NCBI GenBank assembly: GCA_002633005.1
Contig: NMRA01000804.1
Span: forward strand, 62,001 to 126,000
Length of the DNA stretch: 64,000 nucleotides
Direction: 5' to 3'
Origin: Phoronis australis
Lineage: Eukaryota > Animalia > Phoronida
Part shown: positions 49,945 through 64,000 of the stretch, piece after piece
Numbering within the stretch: position 1 is the first letter of the stretch
How the letters are laid out: every line of letters begins with the position of its first letter
Made by a program: the position numbers and the translations under genes
The notes under the pieces: generated by a model
Told to the model about the DNA's origin: nothing
The model's input: only the letters and a program-made list of their open reading frames with translations
The model's database searches: none

Positions 49945-51649
49945 AACAAGAGCAACGCGGAGCGTTGAAATGCACCCACGAATGCATTGCAAATAGTGTG
50001 CTTTCAGGGTTATTTATTTGTATCATAAAAATGGCCACTAGATGTTGCAAAAACATACAATCCATCCAAAAACAGGAACATGCCATATTTCCTAAAAATC
50101 TGTCAAGGTACTTCAGAGACACAAAGGAAAACAGAATAAAATGAAATTGCCACTAGTTGGCACAGTTTCCGTTGGATCCCCCTAAAAGTCGTCGTCATCT
50201 GTTGCTATTTTCATATAAATACACTTACTAAATTTAGTAAAGATCCTGCAGTGGGTTTAGGAGATACAACTATGGGCGCAAAACAAAACTACCACTAGGA
50301 GGCGTCACAGTAGTCAGTCAAAGGTCGTCTTCACACTGAGAACATATATGCCAATTTTCAAATGATTTGGTTGACAAATGGGTGGACACCAAAGACAAGA
50401 TTTGAAAACAGCAAAAATGGCCACTAGGTGGTGCAAAAACAGGAAGATAGCGTCATCACACCAACAGATGCCTATATTTAAAATTTTATGAAAATCTGTT
50501 GAGGACCTTTGAAGATACTAAAACTAAAATTGCCACTAGGGGGTACAGCAGTAGTCAGATATGTACAAAAGTCGTCGTCGACCGTAGTCAACATCATATA
50601 AATACATTTGCAAAATTAAGTAAAGGTCCTACAAACAGTTTAGGAGACACAGCCATGAGCGCAAACAAAATGCCACTAGGAGGCGCCCCAGTCATCGAAG
50701 TCGTCAGAAAATCATCGTCAGCTGTCCAACTTATAGTAAAAATATACATGCCACTTTTCACAATTATCCTGAAAACGGTTTCGTTGATAGATTAGTGGAC
50801 GCCAAAAAAAATCGAAAACAGTAAAAATGGCCAGTAGGAACAGTAAAAATGGCCAGTAGGTGGTGCAAACTAGGTCGAATTCATCTGAAAATGGAGAGAT
50901 GGCGACACCTCATTAATAGATGCCTATATGCCAATTTTTATTACGATCAGGTTCTTTGAAGATAAAGAGGTAAACGTAAAAAAAATAAAATTGCCACTAG
51001 GTGGCACACCAGTAGTCAGATCTGTCCGAAAGTCGTTGTCGTCTGTTGTTAACGTCATATAAATATAGTTACTAAATTTCATAAAGATCCTGCAAATAGT
51101 TTAGGAGATACAGCTATAGGCGCAAAAAAATGCCGCTAGAAGGCGCCACAGTAGCCGAAATCGTAGGAAAATCATCGGAAAATCATCGTCAACTGTCCTT
51201 TCTATAGTAAGAACATACATGCCAATTTTCACAATCATCCTTTGAGCGGTTTGGTTGATAGAGGGGTGGATGCAAAAAAACTCGAAAACAGTAAAAACGG
51301 CCATTAGGTGGCACAAACTACGTCGAATCCATCAAAAAATGGGAGGAAAGCGTCATCTCACTAATAGGTGCCTACATACCAAATTTCATGAAAATCCGTT
51401 AAGGACTTTTGAAGATACAAAGGTAAGTGTAAAAAACTAAAATTGCCACTAGGGGGCACACCGGTAGTTGGATCCATCCGAAAGTTCGCTCATGCCGTCC
51501 TATTCATGAATAGAACATATGTGCCAAATTTCATGAATGTAAGTCAAAGGGTTTTGGAGATAGAGCAGCGGACGACGGACGGATGCCGGACGGACGGACG
51601 GAGATGACGGCATAATGCGTCCACATATAAATATGTGGGCACATAAAAA
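49945..51649 (+). mobile_element. pearl/CvA-like HINE element, long copy with internal repeat array
   Basis: 5' acaagag plus hairpin caacgc-gga-gcgttg; ~10 internal subrepeats containing (g)ccactag; (gacg)n microsatellite; 3' hairpin ccacatat-aa-atatgtgg; ends cataaaaa. Confidence 0.8.
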
Positions 51650-51992
51650 GGGTAGGTGTCCTAATTTTCCAGCTGCATCCCAAGTCAAAAATATATGCGG
51701 GACCTCCACATCACGTGAACCCCAAAATGTACAGTAATTAACAGACACCAGCATAGCACAACTGTGCTAGGCCCCAAAAAGCATAACTTTTCTCTACTTT
51801 TCTCTAGCACCACAGTTTCACAATCCAGACATCAGCCTCATTTTAAGCCTTCATGTAGACTTTTATCTTTCATCATGCCCCACACACCACTTATCTACCA
51901 AGATGAATTCATTATACCGGTCCCAATTGAAATATCCGTTAACAAGCCAAATCCAATTACATCATTTTTAGCTAATTGTTATCGCATTTCGG

Positions 51993-52700
51993 CCATCTTA
52001 CCAGAGATTAGTATTTTTTACCTTACTTACCTATTACTTGTAATTGTATTAGTCATACAAATGACCTTACTTGGAATTGTATTAGTCAAAATAAATGACC
52101 TTATATCGCCTACCCCGGCCTTGGTTTCATCTCTGCCTTGGTAACGAGGTTGCGACGCACGAACTATATAATATACCATTCGGGACATATGTCGATCATA
52201 AATGATATTTCACTCGTTAAATGTATTTATATGAGCATATGGACCCGTCTTACTCCTTTCCCCCCTCAATTCGGTCTAGTCCATTAATTCCTTTGTGTAG
52301 GACTACTCGTCGTTCTACCAGCTTCATTGGTCAATTGTAATCACGTACCCAGAGTTTGGTCAGCTCTGGGCTCTCATAGGCTGATGATTGTCACATGTCC
52401 TTAGGAATTCACATTGTTCGTTCCCGCCTCGTCGACGTACATCTAAAAATTCTCAAGTTTTTCCCATCCCCCTTTCTCTCATTCCCTTGTACCTCCACAT
52501 GGCCGCGCTTTTCATTTGCCCATCTTACAGAGATTAGTATTTTATACCTTACATAGTCACTAACTATTACTTGTAATTGTATAAGTCATGATAAATGACC
52601 TTATGTCACCTACCCCGGCCTTGGTTTCATCTCTGGTAACAAGCTTGCGATGCACGAACTATAAAATTATAAATCATTCGGGACATATGTCGATCATAAA
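51993..52700. repeat. pair of ~200-bp direct repeats (51993-52202, 52520-52700)
   Basis: ccatcttac.agagattagtattt...cctaccccggccttggtttcatctctg...cattcgggacatatgtcgatcataaa in both. Confidence 0.9.
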
Positions 52701-53687
52701 AATTGATTCTGGTCACACTTTCCACAAGGTACATTAATTTCAGAAGCCAAACAGTTAAAAACATCACTAGATTCTGGAATGATATCGTTGAATTTATTTC
52801 AGCCAATGTTTTATGCTGTTATGTCATTGCTAACATGGCAATTTTCCTGCACCACACATAGATCAGTGCTTGCCATAAGGAGAATTGATGATATATATCA
52901 GCAGTTCTTGTACAAATATTCTGACCAAGCAAGACGTTCTAATTGACCACGCACAACTGCAGGCATTTATTCAAGAGTCGCTGGTTCACTAGCGCCACAT
53001 GGTGGCATCCAATGCTTCTCACTAATCACACTACAACACCAATTCAACAGATGGTCATTAACTGAGCTCAACAGTGAGATAGACCTACAACTGTTCTGCA
53101 TTACTGTACATCAACAATGAAAACATTACTTTGATGAAACCTGTGGCAAACTAGAACAAAACAGATAACACAGGAATGAAAACATTAGTATCACGCCTTT
53201 TAGTTTACTGGTTTTCCACAAGGTGGTCTACCAACACTGTGATACAGGATAGTGGGTAACTTACCAATCAACGGTTATCACAGGGAACAGGCAATAACTT
53301 TTGAAAGAAAGTACAATGAAAACCAGAGAGCTCAACAAGTTCAGACTTGCATGTCAATAAATTTTGTCTTTTTGATGTTCTTTGATTCTTTACTCTTGCA
53401 ATTCTTTTACCCCATACCATCTTCAAATACATTCCACTTAAGAAATGAGTTCCTAAACGTTATACCACAAATTAATCAATTATAAAACCCAACAAAAGCT
53501 ATGTAGCCACATTGGTTTGGCTTTTAAGGCTATGAAAATTTAAGAAAATAGCTTTAAGTGAGCGTAACAGTACTTACTTAAACAGGTAAATTACCTGTAT
53601 TAGAATGAACTTGCCAACTCTGGCATCTTGTTATGGTGAATAGTAAAACTGGAACATGGTTTACATGCATAGATTTACAGTAAACAG

Positions 53688-53788
53688 TGACTAACAATAA
53701 CATGTGTTGACTAACAATAACATGTGGTGACTAACAATAACATGTGGTGACTAACAATAACATGTGGTGACTAACAATAACATGTGGT
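53688..53788. repeat. 20-bp minisatellite x5
   Basis: tgactaacaataacatgtgg. Confidence 0.95.
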
Positions 53789-55524
53789 CCCTACAAACTG
53801 TAAAAAAGATTTATCTCAGTTCACATGAGTTTATTTATCAGCCTTATACAGATCAATTTTTTGGAAATCCTATAATTTGAAATTTAAATGAATTTCAAAT
53901 TTATGTAAATAACTGCTATTTGTTATGTTAACGTGAAATTATGACTGAATATTGCATAAAGGCCAAGTCTAAAAAAACAAAAAAAAACAAAAATAATAAT
54001 GCTTACTCTTGCATTTGAATTTTCTGGAAAAATGATTACCAAAAATAAAAAAACAATTGTTAGCATAGAAATGAATAACTAAAACTGTTTTTCCTTATTT
54101 TTCCCCATAATTCATGTCTAAAGCATTTCACTGTGAAATTTTTTACTTTTAAAAAATAATGAGGAGAAATGATCATCTTTCCAACTCCCTTCAGTTTACA
54201 ACGGTGGGTAGAAAGTTTGTCAGTTTTGAAAATATGACATGGTTCTCTGGTGAAACTCAGTTAATCAGACAATTACATTCTCTGATTCTTGAATCAAGTC
54301 TTCCTGTTTTTGAATAACAACAGCAAACTCAGTTGAACCTTGACCTTAACCCCACCATTGTTGTGTTCTCGTCACTGTTTACTTCAGCTCTGAGGTTGTT
54401 TGTGATTGGTTGTTTGGGTTGTTCACCCTTTCTGATGATTTTTGGACAAGTGAAATAAAAATTCGGCATCGATAACTGCCAAAGCATTGTTGTCTAGTGT
54501 GTGTTAAAACTTAATTATACCTTCCTAAAAGAACAGTTTAGCCAGAAATTAACTACAGGTACTAAACTGAAAAGAAAGAATTTGTTACTGGGAAAACATC
54601 AGTGAAAGCACTTATAAAATATTGTGCCGGAAGTCGTGCATGATTAGTTATGTTATTCTGAGTGGAGTCTGTAGATATCCTCATAAAGGATAAGCTCAGT
54701 AACCATGGCAACGAAGAGGCCCACACAGTCATAGTGTGGCCTATTTCAAGAAGACAGACAGTCTATAGACTGCAGTGTGTAAAAACACGCCTAGTTTGTA
54801 TCAACATTTTGCAAAAATGTAAGGAAATGCATCAGTGAAGCAAGAATGGCACCATCCAGGACACTGTGTGTGCAGGGAGTCTATTTCGTGAAAAGAGACA
54901 TAATTCTCAAGACAGAAATTAGGTCTTTTGCTAATGACTTCACAATTGCTGGATAAAGGTTTAATTATGAGGGGCGGAAAGGGTAAAAATTGTGAAAAAA
55001 AAAGAAAATCAACTCTGTTTTGTAAATTCAATTCTAGTTAATTAATTCAACCTAATTTAAATAAAAATCAAACCAGTTTGATAATTCATCTTACTTCGAA
55101 AATTTCAATTCAACTCAATAAAATTCATCCTGTTCAGAAGATTCATTGCTTTTATTAAGTCAGATGCTGGTTTAAAGGTTCATGTTACATGCAATAATTC
55201 TGTTACGGAGATTCAGTCAACATTCGTAATTGATCGTGTAAAATCAATGGTGTTTGAATAGAAAATTATACTGTTTCGAAGATTCTATTTTGCAAACCTT
55301 GTCAGTGGGAAGTGAAACCAGTTTATCATGTGATTGAAAATGGCGGAGCCCACTCTGGCACTCGTTGTCCATGAGATTAAAAATATTCAAGAACACATTC
55401 TGGAAGACGATTTTTATGACGGAAATATATACCAGCTGGACCATTCGTCTCAAGGCTTTTGGAGCGGCGTTATTACTGATAAGGGCCTCAGTCTTTCATA
55501 GCGAGATCAGTTTTAGGAACCACC

Positions 55525-55795
55525 AACAGGATTGACAAAACAGACTCGATTTAATAAAACACAATCGATTTTTCAACAGGGTTAGTTTTGTGAATCGCCA
55601 ACAGAATTGACAAAACAGGGTCAATTTTGAAAAGCACGCTTGATTCTCCAGAACTGGTTCGCTCTTAACAGGTTTGTTTTACAAAACAGGAATCATTTTT
55701 AAGTAGTATTAAATTTACAAAATAGGATTTAATTATATTATATAGGATTGAATTTATTAAACAGAGTTGCATCTATAAAACAGGGTTGGTTTTCT
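55525..55795. repeat. highly degenerate minisatellite built on aaaacagg/aacagg
   Basis: motif recurs about every 20-25 bp. Confidence 0.55.
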
Positions 55796-58700
55796 TATTT
55801 TTCACAATTGTTGCCCTTTCCACATGGTAATTACAAGTACATGGTAGTCTAGAACTAATTTTTCTCAATCACTAGTAGTCCTGTGTATATTCTTAGACAC
55901 TGGCTTCATCATCGATGAATACAGGTTTAGCCAAGTTATTATGAGAGTATTATAATCTAGAAGTAATTTAGAAATTTTCTCAATAACAGGCATATTTTCA
56001 GATGTAGGACTGTGTGTGGTGTAAGATCAAATTTCCCTCATGAAACAGTGACCAGAATAACTTTAAATTGAAAAACAGCCAAGCACTCGACAATAGTCAC
56101 ATACAGGGGCACACAGATTTTGAGAACCAGTTTGATGTCTATTATTCAGAGAAAACTTGTTCTCAAAATGCAGGTATTACCCTATGCTCTTCATTCCTCA
56201 ACCATTTTGTGTCACAAGCTTCATTATCTCAGTGTTGCTGTTTCAAAATAAAACATGAATGAAGAACAATTTCAAAAACCAACAGGTCAGTACTGCCGTA
56301 ATTGTCTGAAGTTCAACTCGTAAAGAAGAGACAATGCAGCTCACTTGTTTGTGCTCCAGGCTTCGGTTTGAGAGGCAGGTGCTCAAATCCAGGCTTAACT
56401 AACAGACAATGGAGCACTGCAAAAAGAGCTGGGTCTTGGTAGTGATTGTATTCAAGGCAGTGAATGACAACCTGGATGTACAGGTAATATGAAAGGAGGT
56501 GTGGTGTCTTGGAAAGGCCAATGGCAAATGCAACCACATACATACTGCTATTAGGTCAGGTTTCACGAAAATTTGTCTGGTTGAGAAATAACTTGGCCAA
56601 TAGAGGTGCTTAGAACAACAAACACTAAGTGAAAACTCAGCTACATGAAATGCCATTTAGGTAAGACTACAGCCACCTCAAGGTCATCTTCAGGTCACCT
56701 TCTTAAAGGTTTGTTGATTGAGAGAATTCAGATAACAGAAACAAAATATTTAAGATACCTGGACAGTTTTGTCAGGAAACTGACCTGCATGCAGAGACTG
56801 CCATAAGGAGAATTGGCCAGTATTTTCTGAGCCATTTCATTCTTATCTTCCACCCTAATTAAACCACAGATCTGCCTTCTTGCCCTGAATGTGATTTGTG
56901 TTTGTAGGCTCCACCCGATGACACGTGATTGGTCAGAATATCAATGTTATGCTAATTACTCATAAGAAGGCAGATAGGATGCCTTTGTAAATGCACATTT
57001 TATAGGTCTGATCTGCCAGACATCCTATCTGTCCATAAACGTGATTATTTTGTTGTGATGGACCTTCCAGATCTGGCAGGCGGGCAACTCTGGACAATCA
57101 GAAAACCACTTTCCACTCAATTTTATTGTATTTTAATTAGATACGAGTAACCTGTACAATTAAAATCGTATTTTCATTTATCACCCTTTTTGTGGACAGA
57201 ACCAGAACCAGAGATAACGTGTCTAGCGTATACTCCCTGAAGCCCCTAAGTCTACTTCACAGCCATAATAGTGGTATGCGTCACATCTGAACATGATACA
57301 AAGAGGTAACTTAGACATGTTGCCAGCGTTTTCACCAACTAAAGTCCTGTGCTCTCACAAAAACCAACATCGTGCTTCCACGTAACATAGGTCGCCTGCT
57401 CATCTACAATCAAGGATTACACACAGCCCCAAGACCTTGCAAGGTTTGAACCTATTCCTCTAACCATGACCTCAGCTGCCTGAAGTAATTTCTGACTCAC
57501 TTCTGGGTTCTCCATCCCCCAAAGGTATATGTGATCCACTTCCATTATAAAAAGATTGGCAATACTAATACCCAGTCCACTAAATAATCATATGCTTAGA
57601 ACATGTCAACTATAGGGCCACCAAAAGCTTTAGCATAAACATATAAGAACTTCAAAATATAAGAATATTTCAAACTGGTTGACGAACTTGAACCTACGCA
57701 TGCTACTTTGGACCTCGTCCATTGTAACTTCATTTCATTTCAAATACAACTCGATGATTTCAAATATCTCCTTTAAACTTTAATTAAAACTTGCGATTTT
57801 CTTAAAATAGGCTTTTTTAATTAATTGCAGAAGTCACTAGATGCTAGTTAGAAAAATACCCTATCTACAATTCTTTAACTTTATTTTGTTTTAGGGTTGT
57901 TTTAGTTTAATTCCAATACATGATACCTTTTCACTGAAAACATATGGGTTGTAGATTGCATGAAGTCTAGTCTTCAGTTCTACAATAAAACGGGAAACCA
58001 TCCAATCAACAGCTCTGATACAATCATCCAATCAACAGTTCTGACCCAACCCAACTTCATTACAGTCTCATGTCCTTTAATCCAGAAAAACTAAATACCA
58101 AATCCATTATTTATTCTCAGAAACGACAGAATTCACACATCCCTTGCGAGACAGGTTAGAGCAAACATGGTTTAAAACTGCATTGCATCTTTAAGCTGGC
58201 TAAAACCAAAAATCGAACTGGGCCCTTAAATCTTGTTAAGTTATTCTCGTACTATTCCTATATAGCATTCTATTTCCATTGCCATCCCAAATCACAGGCA
58301 ACGTGTACATGAGCCACTTCTGAGTTCGCAATTTTAGAGTTGATCAAGCTCAATAAAGGTTGAACCGTTGCATCCAGTCCGGTCACTGGTGGCGTCCATG
58401 TTTTTGAACTGGTAATTGAAATAGCATCCTACCACAGTAAGGACTTTTATGAGACCACAGTAATTGATGAGAGTAAGAAACCCGATTTGATTTTCATTTT
58501 AGCTAGCTAAGAGGGCGAAATCCACCTTTAAATAAAAATAATGAATTAGGTTTTCAATGACCCTTTTTCCCTAATTCTTCTCTCATGTTAGGCAAATCTT
58601 TTCAACAGAAGCTAACCGGGTTTTTTATTCAAATCGATGATTCCACAAGCAGAAGAGAAAAATTTATGTTAATGCATTCGACCTTTCACCAGCGATAAGG

Positions 58701-58914
58701 TTTGAGTACGCATGCCAATTAAAATGTCTGCCACTGATCAATACTAACAAGTTCAATTGTTTATATGATCACATAATAATGGCAGAGAAGTAGGCCTAGT
58801 TTGAGTATTAACACAGAATGAGTGTCAAGTTACCTGAAGTTACAGGTGACAAGGGTTATTCAGACTGTGTGCACTGATCTATTCTCGCCCGGAGCATAAA
58901 TTGCTGTTAGAAGC

Positions 58915-59246
58915 CGGGGCCCTGACTCACCAGAGGGAAAAGTGCCTGTGCCTTTTTAAAGAGGAATGTTGTGTCATTTTTTTACTAGTATGGAAATTTT
59001 CGCACCGTTTTTACTAAGACTAGGAGGAGAGGAAGTTTGCAAGGTTTATTTGTTGCATTGCTTTTTATTGCAATGATATAAAAATCATGAGGAGAATTTT
59101 TGATCATTCTGAGGGGATTTTTTTGACTTAATTGTTTAGAGGGAAATTTTTTGACTTGATAGGGGGAATTTCAGGTAACTTTTTAATATTATTGAGAGAG
59201 GAAGGGTCCAAAATTTGGCCACAATATCGAGGAAACGAGGGCCCTG
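58915..59246. mobile_element. possible hAT-type MITE
   Basis: cggggccctg ... agggccctg termini; no clear TSD. Confidence 0.3.
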
Positions 59247-61288
59247 GACACAATACCTATGAATACAGGATTTTGGTTTGCCATTGTGACTTTCCTAATT
59301 CAAAAATAAGTACACTCAATCAAGAGCAGATGACTATTAGTGCTTGTGGAAGATCACCTTAAATCAAAAACCTGCCAAATTTTCTCTTGAACAAACAAAT
59401 GAATGTATCCTTTGTCAATCCCATTACAACAATACGATAAACCAATTTTAGAGCAAACAATCAAATAAAAAGTATTCCGAAACAATACTCGTTCAACATG
59501 ACATTAAAATTTTAGTTAACAAATTTTTGCTTTTTGTTTGTACAGCGAAAAAATGACCATGGAATTAGACTTTTTGAGAATTTAAAAGCACAATTCATAT
59601 AGAATTTGTTTACAAAATGTTCTCGTTTTTGTGATCACTTGTGATTGCTGTCGAGATAAATTTTATTTTAAAAACTGGTAGAAATATAGAAACTATTACA
59701 ATTGATGGAAAATAAATAAGTGACTCTAAGCATAAACACAAGAATTATTAACCTTGATTCTCTTAAATATGAGCACTCAGCGTTAAATTCACTAATTTGT
59801 GACTGGGAACAAACAGAAAATTATTACAAGTAGTAATAAAAACAGTGAATTAAAGTTTGCAAAAAATATACTTTTTACAAAACTGTTATTCCTTAATTTA
59901 GGTTATTCTCAATGTTTGTGGATTTTTTTCAAAAATACAGCACTTTGTTTAAACACATAATTTATGCGTGGCACACTTCAATTGACCAATTGACTTCAAT
60001 CCACCAGCCCTTTTTTGACCGGATGATTTTCCACTCTTCCAGCAGTTTTGAACGATTTCTACTTAAGACAGTGGCTTGAATCACGTGAAACATTGCACAC
60101 TTCTTTCATGGCCCACAACATTCTGTTCGAACATCTGAGATATTGGCGACAGACTTGGGACGTTGTTTTGAAAAAGGACCCTCAAGATTTTTAACATAAA
60201 CTCTTCACTTATTTTGTAAAAAATAATAGCCAAATATCATCATTTTGCTATTTTTCAATGTCTCACCTTGCTATAAATACTGTGGACTTGACTAAACATT
60301 GTTTAACAGCATCTCTACAGTTGAACATCAATCTCTTAATCATAATCTTTAGTTGAAAAATTTGGCACATTAAAATTTCACTTATCTACCATTAAAAAGG
60401 TGAAGAATAACCCTAAATCAAAAATATGAAATACGATTTCCTGCGAATTGATAGTAACAATATATAGTTCAGACACAAACTCGCCTGTCGCAAAAACGGT
60501 AGTCACGTGATTATTAAAGTTTATCTGATGATTTGAAACATTAATTCAGATTCTCCAGTAATGGAGGGTTGAAAATGAACAGTAAAATGTTATTTGATGA
60601 AATCTGATAGCACTTCAAGAAAGTTGGTCATTACCTGTTGAGAAATAAAGGTTATCCCACATACATAGGAATACTATCTCAAATTCATTTCAACTGGGAA
60701 TGTCCCAACTAGACCTTCAGTTTTGTCGAGACTTTCCCAAATAAAATGAATTCAAGATACGATATGGTAGCAGTTTTCTTATGTATGTGGGATTACTTAC
60801 TAATAGAAATATTTGCCCGGTGGTGATCACTGCACTGTATAATAACAGTGGAACTGTGCTGATTTGCAGAACTAGGGAAAGTTGATATAAGGACAATATC
60901 GCAAAAAATTGCCAAGGAAGCTGTGAGCAAACAAAATGTGTCAGTAAAAACAACACATAAGTTGGTCACAATTTCTTGTAAACATCTTAGTTTTCAGTTT
61001 AGATATACTGTATTCATCCACAACAAAACATTTGCATTTCAGTTGCATTTGATTTTGACTGGCTTTGTTGGGGATGCTATTTAGCCGACAATTGACCTAT
61101 TTATGATGACTCATATTCAAATTAGCGAGGCCTAAAAATAGCCGCCTGATCACTGTGCGTCGAAATTTTAATTCATCTTTGCTGCTTTTAGAGCAGTAAA
61201 ACTGACACCTTGGATAACTTTTTAGGTAACCCAAATGAGCAACCCCAATCAAACTTGGAGTTGTACACGAAAATTATATACTCCACCA

Positions 61289-61436
61289 GGGCCGAGTTGC
61301 ATAAAGCTTCATAAGTTATCCTCTGGATAAGTTTGTTGCATGACATCAGGTGCATTGTTCAACAATAACAACCTGACATGTGACAATGCGACGTCATTGT
61401 TGCTCTACAGCGTATAACTTTTATGCAACTGGACTC
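61289..61436. mobile_element. ~150-bp MITE with PIF/Harbinger-like TIRs
   Basis: gggccgagttgcataaag ... ttttatgcaactggactc (inverted). Confidence 0.65.
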
Positions 61437-63855
61437 CACCCCCAGAGACTGCGAACTAAAATACCACCTCTACCATTGTGTATGGACTGACTCTTACATC
61501 CCACATATCAGGCCTATATCAGGAGTTATTGAATGCCCCTATTTAGGATATATGGGATAACTTGTGTATTATATAATATAAGAGTCTGGAATATAAGTTA
61601 AATGACCCAGTGATGAATTAGAAAATGCTACATCAATGATTAATTATGTCCTAATACACTTGCAATACGCAGTAAACTGTATTCTACTGTCAATAGTTAT
61701 TGAATTAGCAAAATCCGAGCATTATTAATAAAAATAAAAGCAACAAAATCATGCAAAATGTACAAAAGAATTCCACCTATAGATTGATTTTGAAACGCAA
61801 ATTTGTGAGTTTTAAAAGCAGTGATCAAATATCCCAGACAGACAGTTGTTCAAGTCAAAAACTAGCCAATGTTTCCTGTAACATGAGAAATGCAGGCCAG
61901 ATTTAGAACTTTAAAGAAACAGTGGTAAAACCTAACCAGAATTAAGAGGTCTGCAAGCCCCCAAGTCAAAGTTGCAGACATCAATATTGTACCTTCCTGT
62001 TAATTCCTACAAAGTCTATAGAAGGACATTTTTTTACTTTCTATTCATTTTACAGAACACAGGATGACGTATCTTAAAATATTTCTAAAATTTCGCATCA
62101 ATAACTTCATTCGTGTTTGAAGTTACAAGCAATTGATTGTCATGGACTCTCTTAACAGTGATATCACGAAAGGTTAATCCCAGAAATTGTGTCACGGAGG
62201 ATAATATTAATAATCCTTGTGATTGATTCGTCTTTGAGAAGGCAATTTGAAATCATGTTCTGCGTCTCCTCGCCCTAAGACGAATTGTCCTAAATCTCAA
62301 TTGAACCCGTTGTCATATGAGCCCGGTACAACAATGCGTTCGGAATGGAATAGTTTCGGTGTTTATCATTAGTTGTCAACAAGATTTTGGTTTGTGATAT
62401 TACTCACAATACTACGCACTTCCTGAAATTGTAAAGCAGTTACTGTAACTTTGGAACACCAAATCTATCAAATGACAGATCAATTTCATGTGAAATTTTC
62501 AAAAAATGTTATGCACTGCTGTCCAACATATTGTTAGAAATTGTTTTCATGTTCCATTTTTGCATTAGAAGATTCAAAAAGTAAATTTCGTGATTTTATA
62601 GAAAAAAATATCAAAAACTGCATGAAATGAAATCATAATTTAGAAAACCGTCACAGCTTTTTATATTTCATCTTGAAAATTACTATCAAAGGAAATGTGG
62701 TCGTTTTTTGTTGTTTTACCAAGAATGTACCATTCTTTTAACTTTAGTTACGATAAATTTGACACAAAAGCTGATGACCATGTGAACAAATGGAAGAACG
62801 GCATCCACTTGAAAATCAAATTCTACAGGCTTGCTTGTCTTTCAGTATAATTTTACCAAGTTAAAATCTATAGTTTTGTTGATATGTGGCAAAGTACACA
62901 CACTTGACAACAGGCTCCTTTGTCAATAAACACATTATTATTCTTTCACTGTGCTGGCTGGCTGTTCTAGATGAACAGAGAACAAAGCCAGAAACCAGAA
63001 TTTTAAATGGAGGTGTATATAGAGACAATCCTCAAACAATGTTACAAGCATAAATTTGGTGCAAAATATAGAAGAGGGCTTTGAACATACTGCAGGATGC
63101 CAGGACGTGGAGACAAATGGATGGAAAATCAGAGACCTAAAGAAACAACTGGAGGTAGGTGGCGATAATATGCACTAGTATGTGCGCACTACTATGGATG
63201 TAACATAAGTCATCAATATTACAACATATCATAACATGATGATGTGCAATAACACATTTGCAAGTGAACATTGATGTTATTGACTCTATTGACCAATCAG
63301 ACCACAGCAGTCGTCACATTGCTCTTGAAAATGGGGATAATGGCTGATGACTCACTAAGAGCAGGAAAAGGGGGTCCCATTCCCAGGTAGTTTTGGCACT
63401 TTTCTCCAGATTCCCGGAGTTAATTTTATTTCGGTATCTGCCCCAAAAATCTCCATTTTCCCCCATTTCCAAAATCACGGACATAAAAAGGGCCCACCAC
63501 CAGTCCCAAAAAAGCCTATCCTTCTCAGTTCTCTTGGGCAATCAAAGTTTTAGATCTCCAAGACCAGTGTTGCCTTAGAGGCAAATGATTTGGTCAAAGA
63601 ATCTCCAATTCCATCTACACGTACTCTCATATACTCATGTAAGATGCATGCATGTAGTATTTTGTAGTCGAAGGAAATTTCCCAAGCACCATGGCCTACC
63701 GACCTTCCTGCAAGTTGAGACTCAAGAGAAAGCAATGTGTAAACTTCATAACAACCAAGAACCCTAAACCCAGGTTTCAGCTTTCCATGCAAATGTTACC
63801 AAAAAGGTCAAACAGAAATCAGGACAAAACCTTTAGAAAGCAACAGATCACTCAC

Positions 63856-63942
63856 TGCACATAGTAAGATGACTTGCGGAGGGTGGCGCCAATGACAGAG
63901 TAATATTCCGATCCGACTTGACCATTCCAACTCCACTTATTC
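63856..63942 (-). other. candidate 87-nt exon (gene unassigned)
   Basis: ctgtctgtctgcag| ... |gtgagt on - strand; GC-richer than flanks; open in two frames. Confidence 0.3.
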
Positions 63943-64000
63943 CTGCAGACAGACAGCAAGCTGCTACCTGACAACCACTCAAATGAAATCGCACAAAAAT

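Noticed and set aside
56335-57540. Possible degenerate SINE copies at ~56340 and ~57300-57480
   Set aside because: A/B boxes too decayed to support a call by eye

Overview
Eukaryotic (invertebrate metazoan, probably lophotrochozoan or mollusc-like judging from its repeats; taxon is inference), AT-rich, intron-rich window with two convergent spliced genes. (1) + strand 845-20799: the last ~23 coding exons of a USP24 orthologue (ubiquitin C-terminal hydrolase). The Cys-box is intact, but the His-box is missing exactly at a single-N assembly join (6978). (2) - strand 42417-27119: a complete 7-exon, ~402 aa alpha-arrestin/ARRDC-like gene with no PPxY motif and a C-terminal -TSV; candidate upstream exons lie at 45151-45224 and 63856-63942. 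The rest is introns/UTR containing an L1/Tx1 LINE fragment, two copies of a pearl/HINE-like element, a pogo-like and a Kolobok-like TIR relic, a head-to-head tRNA-derived element, MITE-like pieces and many minisatellites. The most striking pattern is that many tandem repeats sit on, or copy, splice sites: a 7x49-bp array of complete 3' splice sites and a ~7x53-bp array of 5' splice sites, in each case with only one copy giving an intact protein. No prokaryotic systems or CRISPR arrays are present. All calls were made by eye, without database searches.
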